64,000 nucleotides of DNA from Eukaryota sp. GEM-RC1 (GCA_040285855.1 JAUFOQ010000017.1:1488001-1552000); one strand, 5' to 3'. Positions 11,768 through 25,114 are shown, counted from the first letter of the stretch. Notes: generated by a model not told the origin, from the letters alone. A program made the numbers and translations.

Positions 11768-12630
11768 GGGATTATTACAGAAATACCAGTCAACGAAAAT
11801 TCAGAATTACACTTATACCCTGGTTCATCAAAACTACCAGTGATGCTTATCAACGGGGAAGTGCATCTTCATGTCTCTCCTACTTTGGATCGTGTGTAAA
11901 TGACAATAAACATGATCTTCTATTACCTCTTTATCATGAATCCATTCAAACATAGCGCGATGTAAAAACTACTCACTCTGATACCACAAGGCTTCTGATC
12001 TGCTGTACAATGACAGGTTGCGCCTTTTCATTAAACAGCCATCGAAGACAAGACGATAATTGATACATTTTTACACTAGTCAAACACTCTTGCTCTGCAC
12101 TTCAGTCCTGCAGACAATGGAGGGAAAAATTGCCAAAGCTAGGATGATGACAGTTTATAACAATGGGAGATTTATTGAAGTAACCGATGAACCACAAAGG
12201 ATCTACTAGTATATTGTCGATTTGGATCAACAACATTGTGACTGCGGAAGATGGCAAATAGAAGACATTTCCTGTATTCATGAATGTATGGCTTTAATGT
12301 CAGTTAACTCAAAGCCCTTGGAGAAAGTAGAGCAAGAAACACTCAGAGTAAGATTTATGAGGATGGGGTAGTTCCTCCTCGAGATAAAAGGGTTTGGACA
12401 ACCTATGCTACTCCTTTAAGTCCTCCGGATGTAAAACGTGAAGTCGAAGCCTCGAAGAAGAAAATGCATCGTAGTGTGTATGACTTGTAGTTTATTATCT
12501 AAGATATAGCAGCACAACTCATTAAAAAAGAAGCTTAGAAGGAAGGTTGATTCTTCACTGGTATATTTGATATGGGTATGGTAGTTTTGAAAAATAAAAA
12601 TGTTGTCACTGGAATTTTTGTGAAAGGCCC
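11768..12630 (+). mobile_element. Internally deleted, decayed Mutator/MuDR-like element
   Basis: MuDR DBD remnant (CTMTGCAFSL...HSC) near 12000; SWIM finger VDLDQQHCDCGRWQIEDISCIH near 12215; degenerate GGG-initiated TIRs; 9-bp TSD TTTAATTAA (right copy split by the hAT). Confidence 0.75.
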
Positions 12631-12636
12631 TTTAAT

Positions 12637-15219
12637 CAGGGATTCTTAAGATAGTAAAGTACTTTAAGCACTTTACTTTACTTTACTTTACTTTACTTTA
12701 AGATATTTTCAGTACTTTAAGCACTTTAAGCACTTTCTTTCATGATTGCTAGGGTTGCTCCAGCCATCCCGTATACATCTATTCCTTTCGACAGTAGGAA
12801 TTTTAAACAACTTTTATAAAGTAGAAACTCACCAAAAACTACAAAATCTAAACTATACATATCAAGAGTGGGTGAGCACTCAAGTTTTCACTTCTTCTAC
12901 AGATTACTCAGGAACCAATATCTCCTCCACCACAGGCTGTACTTCTTCATCATCTGTGACCTCTAATTTGTCAAGCTCAGGACCAAGAACTTCTTCATCA
13001 ATCCAGTCAAAGAACTTTCTACTCATTATCTTTCCCCTCTTCAGGTTGTGTTTGATCATCACAAAGTCACTGGCTTTCTCACTTGTTAGTCTGGATCGCT
13101 CTTTGGTACAGACAACACTGAAGTCAGACCAGTTTCTTTCAGCTTCTGAATTGGAGGCAACACTACTTAGCAGTTTTACTGCCAATTGAGATAATTCTTG
13201 GTCCCCTCCATTGGCATACCACCAGTTATGAGCAGATTGTTTCCTTGCATTAAGAAAAATTGCTTCATGTTCAAACTCCCCAGTTCCAACTAAGTACTCA
13301 TTCCACTGTTGCAAAACATCTGGTTTCTTACGTTCACCGAACCGTTGTTCAATGAGACCAAAAAGTGCGTTCCTACAGTCAAGGAATCGACTCAGTCTGA
13401 CAATGTTTCTGTTTTCAGGATCCAAACGGATTGCAGCTTTAACACAAGGATGTGCTAATTGGTTCTTTCGAACCTGAAATCGACTTCTTATGCTATCAAT
13501 TTCACCTGGTTCTAGGATGGATAACTGAGCTGTCGATAACCTCAGATCTTCCAATTCGAGGTATCGGTACAATTTTCCCATAATTGGCGTTAGACTGTCC
13601 ATTTTCAGCATTAAGTCAATGATTGGTCGTAAGAAGTCAATTAATAATTTTACCTGAACCCAAAAATCATCATCGGCAACTATTAGCTTGACCTCAGCAG
13701 ATACTTCTCTAATTCTAGCTTGTTGTGGCTTAGCAAGCCAGGTGATATAGTCTTCATTCGTGAGAGTGTTATTGACATTTTGGTACAATTCGTGTACTCG
13801 TTCAATGACGATGAATTGAGTGTAAAATCGTGTCAAACAAATTCGTTTTAATTTCTTCTGGATTGACTTTTTCAAAAGCTTCCGGATGAAAGGCTTGTTA
13901 ACAACAAAATCAACTACTTTGTTGGCTTTTTCGACAATACTTCGAATTGAAGGCACAACGTAATTTGAAGTCGGCGAGCAAATGTCCTTTAAAAACAAAT
14001 TGAGTGTGTGAATGCTACACCGCATCCCTGTGATGGCTGGGAAAACATCTTGGACAGCTGTTGCTGCATTTAAATAATTTGCTGCTCCATCGGTAATGAC
14101 AAAATTTACATATTCAGGACCAATTTCGTTGAGAACTGAAACAAAAAGATTTTTAAGGAAATCTGCAGTCTTTGACTGATAATTGCATTCAATGCATTTG
14201 TAAAAAATTGTCCTGTTTGGACCAACAAGGCAGAAATTAATTAAACTGTTATAATTTATCTCTGATCCATCTATAACTAAAGTCCAACCAGTGCAAAGGG
14301 TAGCAATGTCGACTGTACTTTGTCTTTTAACATTTTTAATAATTTTGGGAGCCACTGTGTCCATCAATTTCTGATAAGATGGTAATTCAAAAACATCGTT
14401 GTACAGCTTATAATGCTCGACAGCTCCTTCAATAACATTTTGCAGCCTTGTCGATTTAGAAACTTTAGTGAGTGGTAATCCTTCTCCTAGAGCATAAAGA
14501 GCAACAACTTCATCTAGATTTTGGTTGCTACTTTTTTGATAAAATTTCTTTAGTTTTGTCTGCTTTAAGTTACAGATCTTGGGGGGAAGTTGCAATGGGA
14601 ATAGTAGTTTCAATTGTTGGCTGGGGAATAGCCGTGACAGCAGAAGTCGGAGAAAGAGATGATGTATTTGGATCAGACTCAGAGATGACAACCACAGTGG
14701 ATGATTCATCGACAGGAGGTTCAGGAACGGGAGAAAGAAAGGGCTGTAGGTCATTTCGTTTCGTCTCAGGTGTAGACTGTTGAGAAGCCTTCCGCTTACG
14801 CCCCCGGGAATGAGTCTCTACGTATCTTCTAAGAGCAGCAACATTGAGCGCATTTTGTGAACCAGGAGGTCCAATGTTGGAACAGAGCGAGATGGGACGC
14901 TTTTTAGGTAGGTCACGTAAGAAATGTCCTTCCATTGTCCACCTGTTGACAGAATGAACGACGTCACACAGCTTACAACGGAACCGGGCACATGTGCTAG
15001 AGACTACTTCCACTACTTCACAGAGAGTTTTCCATTCCTCGGAAGGAAGAGATGTCATAAAACTGAAGAGATAATTGAAGAACAAAATTGTAAGATGCAG
15101 GATCACTTTATACATTCTTAAAGTATGTTAAAGTGTAAAGTAAAAGTAAAGTATAAAGTAAAGTAGTGTACACTACTTTACTTTAATTCTGAAAAAGTTG
15201 ACTACTTTAGGAATCCCTG
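12637..15219 (-). mobile_element. Near-intact hAT DNA transposon
   Basis: TIR CAGGGATTC(T/C)TAA..TAGT, 8-bp TSD CCTTTAAT (12629..12636, 15220..15227), (TTTAC)n subterminal repeats, transposase inside. Confidence 0.93.
12904..15058 (-). CDS. hAT transposase (BED-like finger, DUF659-type core, hATC dimerisation domain) with one frameshift at the G6 run 14581..14586
   Basis: FRCKLC..H..C; LVIDG, VITDGAAN, CSIHTLNLFLKD, TRF, WW...LAVKLLS...SEAERNWS...RSRL. Confidence 0.88.
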
Positions 15220-15286
15220 CCTTTAATTAAGGAAAAGTTTTCATCGTCTGCAGCACTTATATTACTCGGAAACACTGAAAGCATGA

Positions 15287-15368
15287 GCAACTGTGGTCGA
15301 GGGGTTAAGACGTTACACTTGAAATGTAATGGGAGTTTCCCGCGTGAGTTCGAATCTCACCGGTTGCG
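15287..15368 (+). tRNA. tRNA-Ser(TGA)
   Basis: Acceptor GCAACTG/CGGTTGC, anticodon arm TTACA-CTTGAAA-TGTAA, long variable arm, GAGTTCGAATCTC, discriminator G, downstream T-runs. Confidence 0.92.
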
Positions 15369-15594
15369 AATTTTAATTTTTGTTCTTTTGCTCATCACCT
15401 ATCTAGCATTGACTACCAGTACACTGTTCTGGTAATTGTTCTGTTTTCCGGTAGCATCTCCAATACCGTTTTTGTCGGAACAATCAGGAGTTTGTGGAAC
15501 CTCATTGATATTTTTGGAATTCCAAAGTTATGGAACAAAAACAGTAAGATAAGACAAAAACGGATCTATGTGTGGAGAAAAACGCACAAGAAAA

Positions 15595-15850
15595 CAACCA
15601 CGTCCTTTTGGTTTGCATTTGTCTGATGAGGCTTGGAAATTAAATATGCGATTACGTTTAGGTTTGTTTCCTGCAGAATTGCTGGACAATTCTGAATGTG
15701 TTTGTAGTCATCGTCGCATTGCAACTTTTAGACATGTAATTAATTGCCCCAAATTTATTCAATTTTCGTTCAGTTTTTCACAGTGCTGTTAGAGATGTTA
15801 CATTTGAAATGTTTAAAGCTCATGGATTTTATGCCAAAGTTTCACCTTTA
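15595..15850 (+). mobile_element. LINE fragment (pre-endonuclease zinc-knuckle region)
   Basis: QPRPFGLHLSDEAWKLNMRLRLGL...CVC..HVINC. Confidence 0.75.
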
Positions 15851-16124
15851 TTTAGTAAGTTGGGTCTTGATGTAATTAATAATTTTCTCGGCCATGGTTG
15901 CTAGATCCTAACCAATGTTGCACGCCGTAACCAACAACGGTTTGATCCATTTGATCCAATGTAGAATCCAGCCAACAAATCTCACAAACTTCACGAAAAG
16001 CCAACTCGCGTTTGGAGATTGACGTGGAGAAGAGATCATCGAAGAAGGAGTGGAGTTTGATTGTAAGGGGATCAACTGTGGGTGATTTTCTAGAGGATAG
16101 TGTGTTCTTATTTGGGGGTGAAAC

Positions 16125-16714
16125 CAGGCTTCACTAAAGTAGTAAAGTGATAAAGTGACTTTACTTTACTTTACTTTACTTTAAAATTTCGGAACGGTAA
16201 AGTGACAAACCTCAATTTTGTTTATTTTGCTTTCTGAGCACAGCAAATAACTTTTTGACACCAAAAGTACACTATTATACATGTTTTATTGTAGAAACTC
16301 ACCAAAAACTGGAATGTAAAAATGGAAAGTGGGCAATGGGTGAGCGCTTAAGAATATATCATTTTCACTATGGATCAACTTGGACCACATCTTCATATGG
16401 GTTCACTTCTTCAACTTGGACCACATCTTCTTCATTCTCTTCTAGATCTTCATCAGACACTTCTTGGTCATCATCCTCAAAGACAAAGACCACTTCCTCT
16501 GCTGGTTGCTAGTCGAAGAACTGATTTGAAGGAGCTGTTCGGAAGGAAGGAATATCATGGAAATCTATTTTCAATTTTCAGGAGAGAATGTATGGGAGAG
16601 GAATTGAGATTGGATCCAACTTTAATGTCCTTAAAGTAACTTTATTTATCAAAGTAAAGTAAAGTACTTTACTTTACTTTAATTTTGAATTTTGGACTAC
16701 TTTAGTGAAGCCTG
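16125..16714 (-). mobile_element. hAT MITE, deletion derivative of a relative of the 12637..15219 element
   Basis: Perfect 19-bp TIR CAGGCTTCACTAAAGTAGT, TSD GGTGAAAC, (TTTAC)n repeats, shared GTAGAAACTCACCAAAAACT, and fused transposase start and acidic end. Confidence 0.92.
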
Positions 16715-16960
16715 GGTGAAACTCGGCCATGGTTGTAATTGAATTATATCTATTGCAATAAAATATATATTAATTTTCTGTATTACTAGTATGTATTGTA
16801 TTTTTCCTGTAAAAGTGTATTTGGATTTGTAGTTTTTCTATTTTTCATCAGGCCTAAAATTCCTTTAACTGATGAAACTGACTCAAATGCATGAGAGAAA
16901 CACTCGACAGCGGATCGTGCTGATCAATTTAACTATTCTTTGGTACAATAATACACAATT

Positions 16961-17110
16961 CTTTATTCGGTACCCAATATGGTAACCTTCCTACAAAACT
17001 ATGAAATTGTAAAAACAAACAAATATTACTAAGATTCAATCCAAGCGACCTCATCTCCCGGTAAAAGATTGCGTTTTCCAACATTAACCTTCACACCAAA
17101 CTTGTACAAT
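16961..17110 (-). mobile_element. LINE family A 3' terminus
   Basis: Matches 55190..55320 and 40713..40860. Confidence 0.8.
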
Positions 17111-17899
17111 TGGGTCTTGTATTATTTTGACAACTTGCAAAACATACAATTTTCTGCTGAATTTACTAAACGTTTCATTACAGTACGTCAACGGCATATC
17201 CTGAGCGTCAAAAATGGAAACACCGATTAAAGTCAAGTGACAAAAATTTAGAAACGGTTAATAAAGTTCATTCTAAAGTATTGAAAAATATTTGCTAAGA
17301 AACCAAACTATGTGAACATGTGCAATCCAGTGTCACTAGTCAGTAGTGACGTTTCATAACCCTGATGATAGGAGATACCCGACACTCAGATTGATTCTGT
17401 TTTGAAGATGTACGTGTAGTCTTTGGAGACTATGATTTCGAGTTTGCACTTTGAACTTAAAAGCTGTATATTGAGATGAATTACAAATGATGTACGACAC
17501 AAAGTGTCCAAAGTCAATTGTATAACTCCACGTCAGTTCTTTCCGTTGAACAAATGAACATTTGGACCCTCGGCGCATTTTAGAATCGAACGAGCTATTG
17601 GGTTGATAAATAAAAAGAGGAAATGCATACTGAAAAAGTGAACCATGATAACCCTGAAAATCAATCAAGGTATATTTATATTGTATTTTTGTATTCTGTA
17701 CAGTATTATTTTTTTTGCCTCTGTAATTTACAATTATGAATATAAGTGATGCAGATAAAATTAAACTGATTTTCATCATTCGTTTCAGTTTTCACGATCT
17801 TGAAAGAATGAAGAAGGATTTAGTCTTACGTGCTTTCGAAAGAATTTTTATTTTATGGTGAGCTTCTTTGTTCGCTATATGGTGTTAAACGGAACTCAG

Positions 17900-18590
17900 T
17901 GAGGTGAACTCCCTTCAAAAGAGGATTCATCTAAAGGAGGAAAGATTGGTATTGTGAAGTGCCAAATACTGCTGCGTGATCTAAATACAACGCCAGTGAA
18001 CAAGGACAATTGCAGAACAGAGCAAACTCTGCAAAGATAGATGAAGATCAATTAAGAAGTATGTATTCAGAATTTACCAGTTCTAATGGGAAGACAACAT
18101 GGCTTTGGTTGAGGCTATTAAAGTGAATAATACATTGACAAGCGTTGATCTGTATGACAACGATACTGGTGACCAAAGGTTAATTTTGTGGATTCAGAAA
18201 AAAGCCCTCTTTTCTCATTAATATTGGTCCTAATGGACTAATTGCTGTTAAACTACCAGTCTTTTCCGGTCAAAAAGGCAACTAATGTAAGGGTGAAATT
18301 AGAAGGAACCAGTCTTCTGGTAAAAAGACTTTTTTTGAAAAAAAGTCTTAAATTGATGATTTTAAGCACGTTATGGTTCAATTTGGAGAATTGTTCAAGC
18401 CAAAACTCGACGTGGTGTTAAATGGAAGCCCTTGAGGTGAGCTTTCAAAAGAGGATTCATCTATAGGAGGAAAGATGGGCATCTAGAAGGGTCAAAACCC
18501 ACGAGCTGCTGCGTTGGTTGAATACAACGTGAGTTAACAAGTCAAAAAACTAGAACAGAACTCAACCAAAACTAATGAAGACAAATTTGG
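17900..18590 (+). repeat. Degenerate ~150-bp direct repeat (about 17900..18055 and 18435..18590)
   Basis: Shared TTCAAAAGAGGATTCATCTA(A/T)AGGAGGAAAGAT...CTGCTGCGT...AATACAACG. Confidence 0.6.
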
Positions 18591-19256
18591 AACAATTGAT
18601 TCATGTTCAGCTTCAGAAGGATCATGCATTTCTTCTTGATTCAAAACTAAAGAACATCAGATCAGCACCCTCTCCTTAGGGGGATAGAATTCAAAAATTA
18701 AAAATTAAGAACCAATGTCTGTTGAGAAATCGAAAAAAGGAAAGAGATGATCAGGAGTTACTCCCATCATCAACGAAATACTAGTACTAGTAGATACATT
18801 ATGGGAACCTGACTGTACTGCAATGAAGTGAAATTAATGATCAAAGGAACAGTCTATTCGAGTTTAAGGTCATTGACCAAAAGTTCGCAGATTTCGGTTT
18901 TTTCAGATATCTGCTTTGATGTCGACAGTTTCTTTCTTTCATGTATCGACTGCGTGGTTACTATGGTGTAGATTTGTTCTTCTCCGATAAAAACGTGTTA
19001 CACTTCATGAATTGATATGAAATGAAATAGATCAATTGTTTTAAAGTGATTCGTCGACAATTGACATCAAAAAGTTCCATCAATAGCTTTGGCAATGTTA
19101 TGATGTGTTGTTGTGAATTTCAAATATAAAACAATTTATAAATTTAACTGCAAATTAAATAATTAAAAACCGAAAACTTACCGACTAATTCCTTCATAAA
19201 TATTATACAGACAATATTATACAAATTAAATTTTTCTAAAAAAACTAAATCGACAG

Positions 19257-22200
19257 TTATCGTGGGGTTTTCAACGGGGAAGTTCTATTCAACCGATTTC
19301 TTCTTGATCTCTTCCTAACACTGTGATTGCTCCTGGAGACTGTCTTCAACGTTTGTCCAGACGCACCCAGCATTACACTTTCATCATTGGGATTAACTCT
19401 GAATTGAACTGGAATTGAGTGAATTCTAGGGGATTGAGCACCTCCATTGGACTGTCTTGATAACAACAGCAAAGGATTAGACTTTGGAGAAGCAATTTCA
19501 CTTGGCGAGGGAGGATCCGAAGTAGTTGATACATTGTCATTGACAAGGTAAGGAGTATCTGGAAACTGGTGATTAGGTGGCAGGGTGTGTGATGAGTGCT
19601 GACTTTTGATTGACACTGCTGAGGAAGGTCTTGACCCTCTTTGACCCTGACGTGATCTGATTAGTCGTGATGGAGGGCGAGTGGACATTGAATGACTCTG
19701 GTCAAGCTTTCCATATTGGAAATTGACAACTTTCCTAATCGGATCAAATTGAACCTGATCATTAACCCTCTTGCCTCTTCTGGAAGGAGTTCTGACCGTC
19801 TGGAGAGCAAATAAGGAGGTAGTTTGATACTTCTTAAGCCTTCGTATCAATGGATATCGTTTATCCGGCCATTGACTTGGACTGTAGGATTGCCCGTGTC
19901 TAATTCTGAAACGAATTTGGAAGCATTTTAAATGGTATAGGAATAAATTAAACCTCTGTTTTGTGAGGTATCCCCTCCAAACTGATTGAATCTTGATTGC
20001 AGCATCATGACGTTTTGATTGCTGTTCCAGGGGGGAATTCAGAGGAAAGATTAATCACAGAAGCTGAATGACGGCGTTTGGATTGTGATGAATGTAATCG
20101 GGACGAATTGTTTGAATTATTAAAAAGTGATTGCGTAATTGATTGAGGTAGAAAAGCCCATGAGTGATCCTGATTGTGTTGAAAAATGGAAGGTGTGCGT
20201 ATTGACTCAACATTATACACGACAGAGATCAACAATCTATTAATAACAGATTCAGCAGCAACGAAAGCTTCCGGATTGGCAGATTTTTTGAACTTTTCAA
20301 ATAATTCGACACTTGGATGGAAAACTTGAAGGGTTTCTGGAACTGGTGGTTCAATGATTAGCTCAGCAGCGACTTCATTGTGATTATCAGGTAAAATTGA
20401 TTGGAAACCTTCCTCTCTCGGAGTATTGAAAGCCGAAGCAGGATTTGATCTGTTCTTGTATTCTTCAATAGTGGTATCAATATTTGAAATATTTTGCTGA
20501 ATTTTGGAAAGTCGTTTCATTCCCAAGTAGCGTCTGATGGCTCGCTGTATGATATCGACAGATTTTAAAATTTTGACAAACTGTCGACGAAGAAGAAACG
20601 ATCTGATAAGTGATTGTAACCAAATAACTTGATTATCAGACAAACCATCATTTTTGATAGGAGTTTGATCATTTTTGATTGATTTCAAACGCTTTTTAGC
20701 CAAAAATCCACGTATGACAGATTGAATTTTAATGACTTGGTCAACACTTGGAACAAATGACTCTGGCGACGAAACTTCAATAGGTTTTGGTTGATTGTCT
20801 TTGTCAGTCTGAGCTTTTCTTCTGATTAAATAGCCTCTCATTACTGATTGTAATAAAGTGATTTCTTTTAATGTTTTCAAGAAGCGACGTCGAGTCAAAA
20901 ACATTTTAACTGTAGAGTTAATCAAAATGATTGATTTGAAGGACTTTCTGAATGATTTTTGAGCCAAATAACGTCGAATATTTGATTGAAGAAGAAGGGT
21001 AGATTTTTGAATTTTTTTGAATCGTTGTTCATGAATAAACTTACGGCCAATTGCTTGCAAACAAATAATAGACTTTTTCAATTTTAAATATTTCGATCGT
21101 TCCAAATTTTTCCTGAACATACTTTGAAGTAATATTGCAGAATTTCGCTGTTTTAAATAAGTTCTTCGTTGAATAAACATTCGTAAAACTGACTGAAGAA
21201 GAATAGCACTTTTGGTGGTATTCTGTTTCTGAGTCAAAAGCTTTTGACACAAAAACCTTCTAATGTTCTTCTGAAGAACTGTAGCTGCACTGTGCTGGGC
21301 TTCGCTGTGTTTTTCCTGCATATTTTTCATATTTTTCAAATTCAAAACATGTTTTTTAGCCAAATGTCGACGAATATACTTTTGTACCACGACGGAAGAT
21401 CGTTTTTGTTTCTGAAACCGCCTTCTAGAAGAAAAACCTCGAATTGTCTTCTGAATTGAAATACAACTCGAAAGCAGCAAGAGAAAACGTTCCTTAATTA
21501 GAAACTTCCTAATATGAGATTGGATGAGGATGGTAGACGTCTTCATTGATTGATAACGTTTCCTAGCTAAATAACCACGAATTAATGACTGAATGATAAT
21601 CGTTTTAGTTGACGTGTGGTTGAGGTGGGATTTACAAAGGAATTTTCTGACATTTCGTTGAATTACAAGCGAAGCCTGCTGTTGACGTTGGAAGGATCGA
21701 CGGGTTGCACAGGTCTTCAAGATATTGCGAATTGTTTTGTAAGATTTTAAATTTGATTGATAAGATTGTCTCGCAAGGTAACCACGGATTTTAGATTGAA
21801 TTAAAATGGCCGCTCTTCTCTGACGGGAGAAAGTTATATTTTTCAAATATTTGCGAATGAAATATTGAATTTTGATTGAAGAAGTAATTTTTGATTGGTA
21901 ACCTTTTTGAGCTAAATAACGACGGAACTCTGATTGAAGTACGATTGCTGACGATTTTTGCTTTAGGAAACGTCTCCTATCCAAGAATTTTCGAATAACA
22001 GACGCAATCAAAATTGATTGCCGTCGTTTATGGACGAACTGACGTCGTTCAATACACATTCTAATAACAGACTGTAAAAGAACAGAAGAATTCTTCAATT
22101 GCTGATATCTTCTTCGTTCTAGATAGCACCTCACGTAACTCTGTAATAAGACTATCGCAACTTTTTGTTTCAGAAAAGCACTTCGACAAGTATGTTTTCG

Positions 22201-25114
22201 AAAATTAGTCTGAATAACAAGACACGACTTCTGTTGACTTCTGAAAGACTTCCGTTGACGATACATTTTCAAAACTGACATAATTAAATAATAACATTTT
22301 AAATTCTTTCTGAATGCCTTTTGCTGTACAAAACGTTTAACATTAGCTTGAATCAATACAGCACTGTTATGTTCACGAGCTTTTTGTTTAGAATTTAAAT
22401 AATTTGAAAAAATAGTTTCTAAAAACAAGGTAGACTTCTTTAGTTTTCTGTAGTAAGAGAAAGCAAGATACTTTCTGATTTGTGATTGAAGGAGAATTGA
22501 ACTTTGACGAAGTTTTGAATATTTGCGGGAAGCTAGAAACATTTTAACTGTAGAGTTAATCAAAATGATTGATTTCAAGGACTTTCTGAATGACTTTTGA
22601 GCCAAATGACGTCGAATATTTGATTGAAGAATAAGGGTGGATTTTTGAATTTTTTTGAATCGTTGTTCATGAATAAACTTACGGCCAATTGCTTGCAAAC
22701 AAATAGTAGACTTTTTCAATTTTAAATATTTCGATCGTTCCAAATTTTTCCTGAACAAACTTTGAAGTAATATTGCAGAATTTCGCTGTTTTAAATAAGT
22801 TCTTCGTTGAATAAACATTCGTAAAACTGACTGAACAAGAATAGCATTTTGCTTCATTTTTAAAAATTTCTTCCGTTGAAGATACCGCTTCATCTCTTTT
22901 TGAATCATTAAACATGCCTTCAACTCAGCAGCACGTTTTTTCTTTTCCAGAAACATTCTGACTACAGATTGTATCATAATACAAGCTGACTTCTGCTTCC
23001 TGAAATTGGATTTTAATGAGAACATTCTAAAAACAGATTGCAGAGTAATTGAAGAGGTTTTCAAGGTAATAAAATGTTTTCGGGCCAAGTATCGTTTGAT
23101 GCAAGAAGAAATAATAACACTTGATTCTTTTTGTTTTAGGAAATGATGACGTGATAAATATCGCTTGATTAAAGACTGGATCAAAACAGTAGATTGTTTT
23201 AAGTTTTGATAATGTTTGCGACACAAAAACCACGGGAATATTTCTGGAGAGTTATTGTAGAATTTTTAAACCTTCGAAATTGTTGAATTTGAACAAATCT
23301 TCGAACCACTGACTGAATCATTATGGCGGCCACCTTTTGTAAAAGAAATTGTTGACGACAAGTAAAAGAGCGGAATATCGACTGTAGATAAAGGGAAGAA
23401 CTCTTGAAATTTTGAAATTGCATTGATTGTGAATATTTTCGAATATGTGACTGTATAAGAACAGCAGCTTCTTTCTTACGATTATATTGCTTCTGGCAGA
23501 CAAACTTTCGACAGACTTTTTGAATCAAAACAATACGATCCAAATTTCTCGCGTAAGTTCTGCGTGCCAAATGTCCTCGAACAGCAGCTTGAAGGACAAT
23601 ACAACTCGTATTTAAAGTTTTAAACCGTTTCTCTTCTCTAAATTTCCTAAAATTTCGTTGAATAATTAAACAAGCAGAACATCGACGGTCAAGAACCAAT
23701 TTCTTAGTCTTTTTTCTTTGCTGATACGACCTAAATGCTCGTTGAACAATAACAACAGAGTCCTTTGGTTCTTTAGTAACAGAACCGTCATCAATCAAAA
23801 TTGATTTCTTACTAGAAGTGAAATCTGGATCAATAAGCACGTCTTCGATGTGACTTCGGGAGAATTGTTCATCTCGGGATACACTTAATTTAACGAATTC
23901 TTTTCCTGCCAAATAACGTCGAATACAACTCTGAATTAATACAACATTGTGCACTGTTTTCAAATATCGTCTTTTTTCAATAAATCTTCTGACAGCAGAT
24001 TGAATCAGAATCACACTTTTACGACGAGCATTTTCTTTTTTGAAAAATGGATTGGGATTTCGATTTCCAAACTTGGCACCATGAAATTTAGCTGTCTTTC
24101 GAACAAAAACAACTTGATTCTTAGAATCAACAGGAGGAGAAGGCGTGATGACGTCATCACTTGTCGATGATTGGTCATTATTCGAAAGCGATTGATTGAC
24201 TTCCTTCATGATTGGTGGTAGTTTTAAACTCCCAGGAACATGAAAATCATTCAAATCCTGCAAAAATTTCAAAATCTTTTCAATCAAAACTGATGAACAA
24301 TCAAATTCCCTAGCAATTGCCAATCCACTTCTTACACACTGAATAGCTTCTCCAAATCTATGCAGACGCTCCTTCTCTATTCCAATGTTATAATGAACTG
24401 CAGCTACTAGATTGGCATAATCACGTTTCTTATCTGCTGACGTGACATCATCAAGCTCTGATTGGTGATGTGACAGGGATTTTTCAAAGTGTTTCAATGA
24501 CTCATCGTGTTTTCCAAGTTGAGATAGTATTACGGCTAGATTGAAATGAGTTCCTCCTGGATTATTAGCTTCCTTGAACTTCGTCTCTAATCTAAGTGCT
24601 TTCTGACAGTAGGATAACGCGGCATTTAGCTTGGATCTGCGTCGAAAGTAGCATCCAAAGTTGTTGTAAGTGACTGCTCTAAGAGAAATCCGGGATGGAA
24701 AGGGGAGAGGGAACCTTCAGTTAGAAACTCAGATCGTTTAAGTAGGTCAAGTGCAGAATCGAAATTATTAGAAGAAATTAGCTTAGAGGCGAAGAGATTG
24801 GCCAAAGCAGTAATACGTTCACAGAGAGAGAAAGTATCAGGATCTGTTGAAGGAAAGAGAGATAGTCGTATAGAAAGAGAACGCTCCAAGGACTTAATAC
24901 AGTCTGTGTACCGAAGTTCATTACGGGCATTTTCAGCGTCTTGTTCATGAAGCATTATTTCCACAACGAGTTTGCGATTATCAGGATTGATATCACGAGC
25001 AGAAACATGATTGTAGAACTTTTCAAAGAGAGGAATTGAAGGAGATGGTTCAAGAAAATCATTGTATCGAAAGGTAGACCCAAGCCATATAGGCAAATGG
25101 GTCTTGTTGATCAT
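19257..25114 (-). CDS. Very large TPR + IQ-motif repeat (calmodulin-binding) protein, ~1950 aa, three homopolymer frameshifts
   Basis: N-terminal TPRs (LLKRSEFLTE...LRAVTYNNFGCYFRRRSKLNAALSYCQKAL) then dozens of IQSxxRxxLxRK motifs; ORFs join at 24702, 23225 and 20030 by single-base changes. Confidence 0.85.

Noticed and set aside
12661..12700. (TTTAC)n and (CGTAC)n arrays as telomeric repeats
   Set aside because: They lie just inside TIRs and are hAT subterminal repeats
16865..16900. CTGATGA...GAAA hammerhead-like core (also at 863, 17362, 49331)
   Set aside because: Could not identify the required flanking stems
16728..17738. Possible MITE with CATGGTTGTA/TACAATTATG ends
   Set aside because: Weak TIR match and no TSD
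24675..24715. GT-AG intron to explain the first frameshift of the TPR/IQ gene
   Set aside because: It would delete the SRISLRA segment that fits the TPR helix; one extra base in the G4 run explains it
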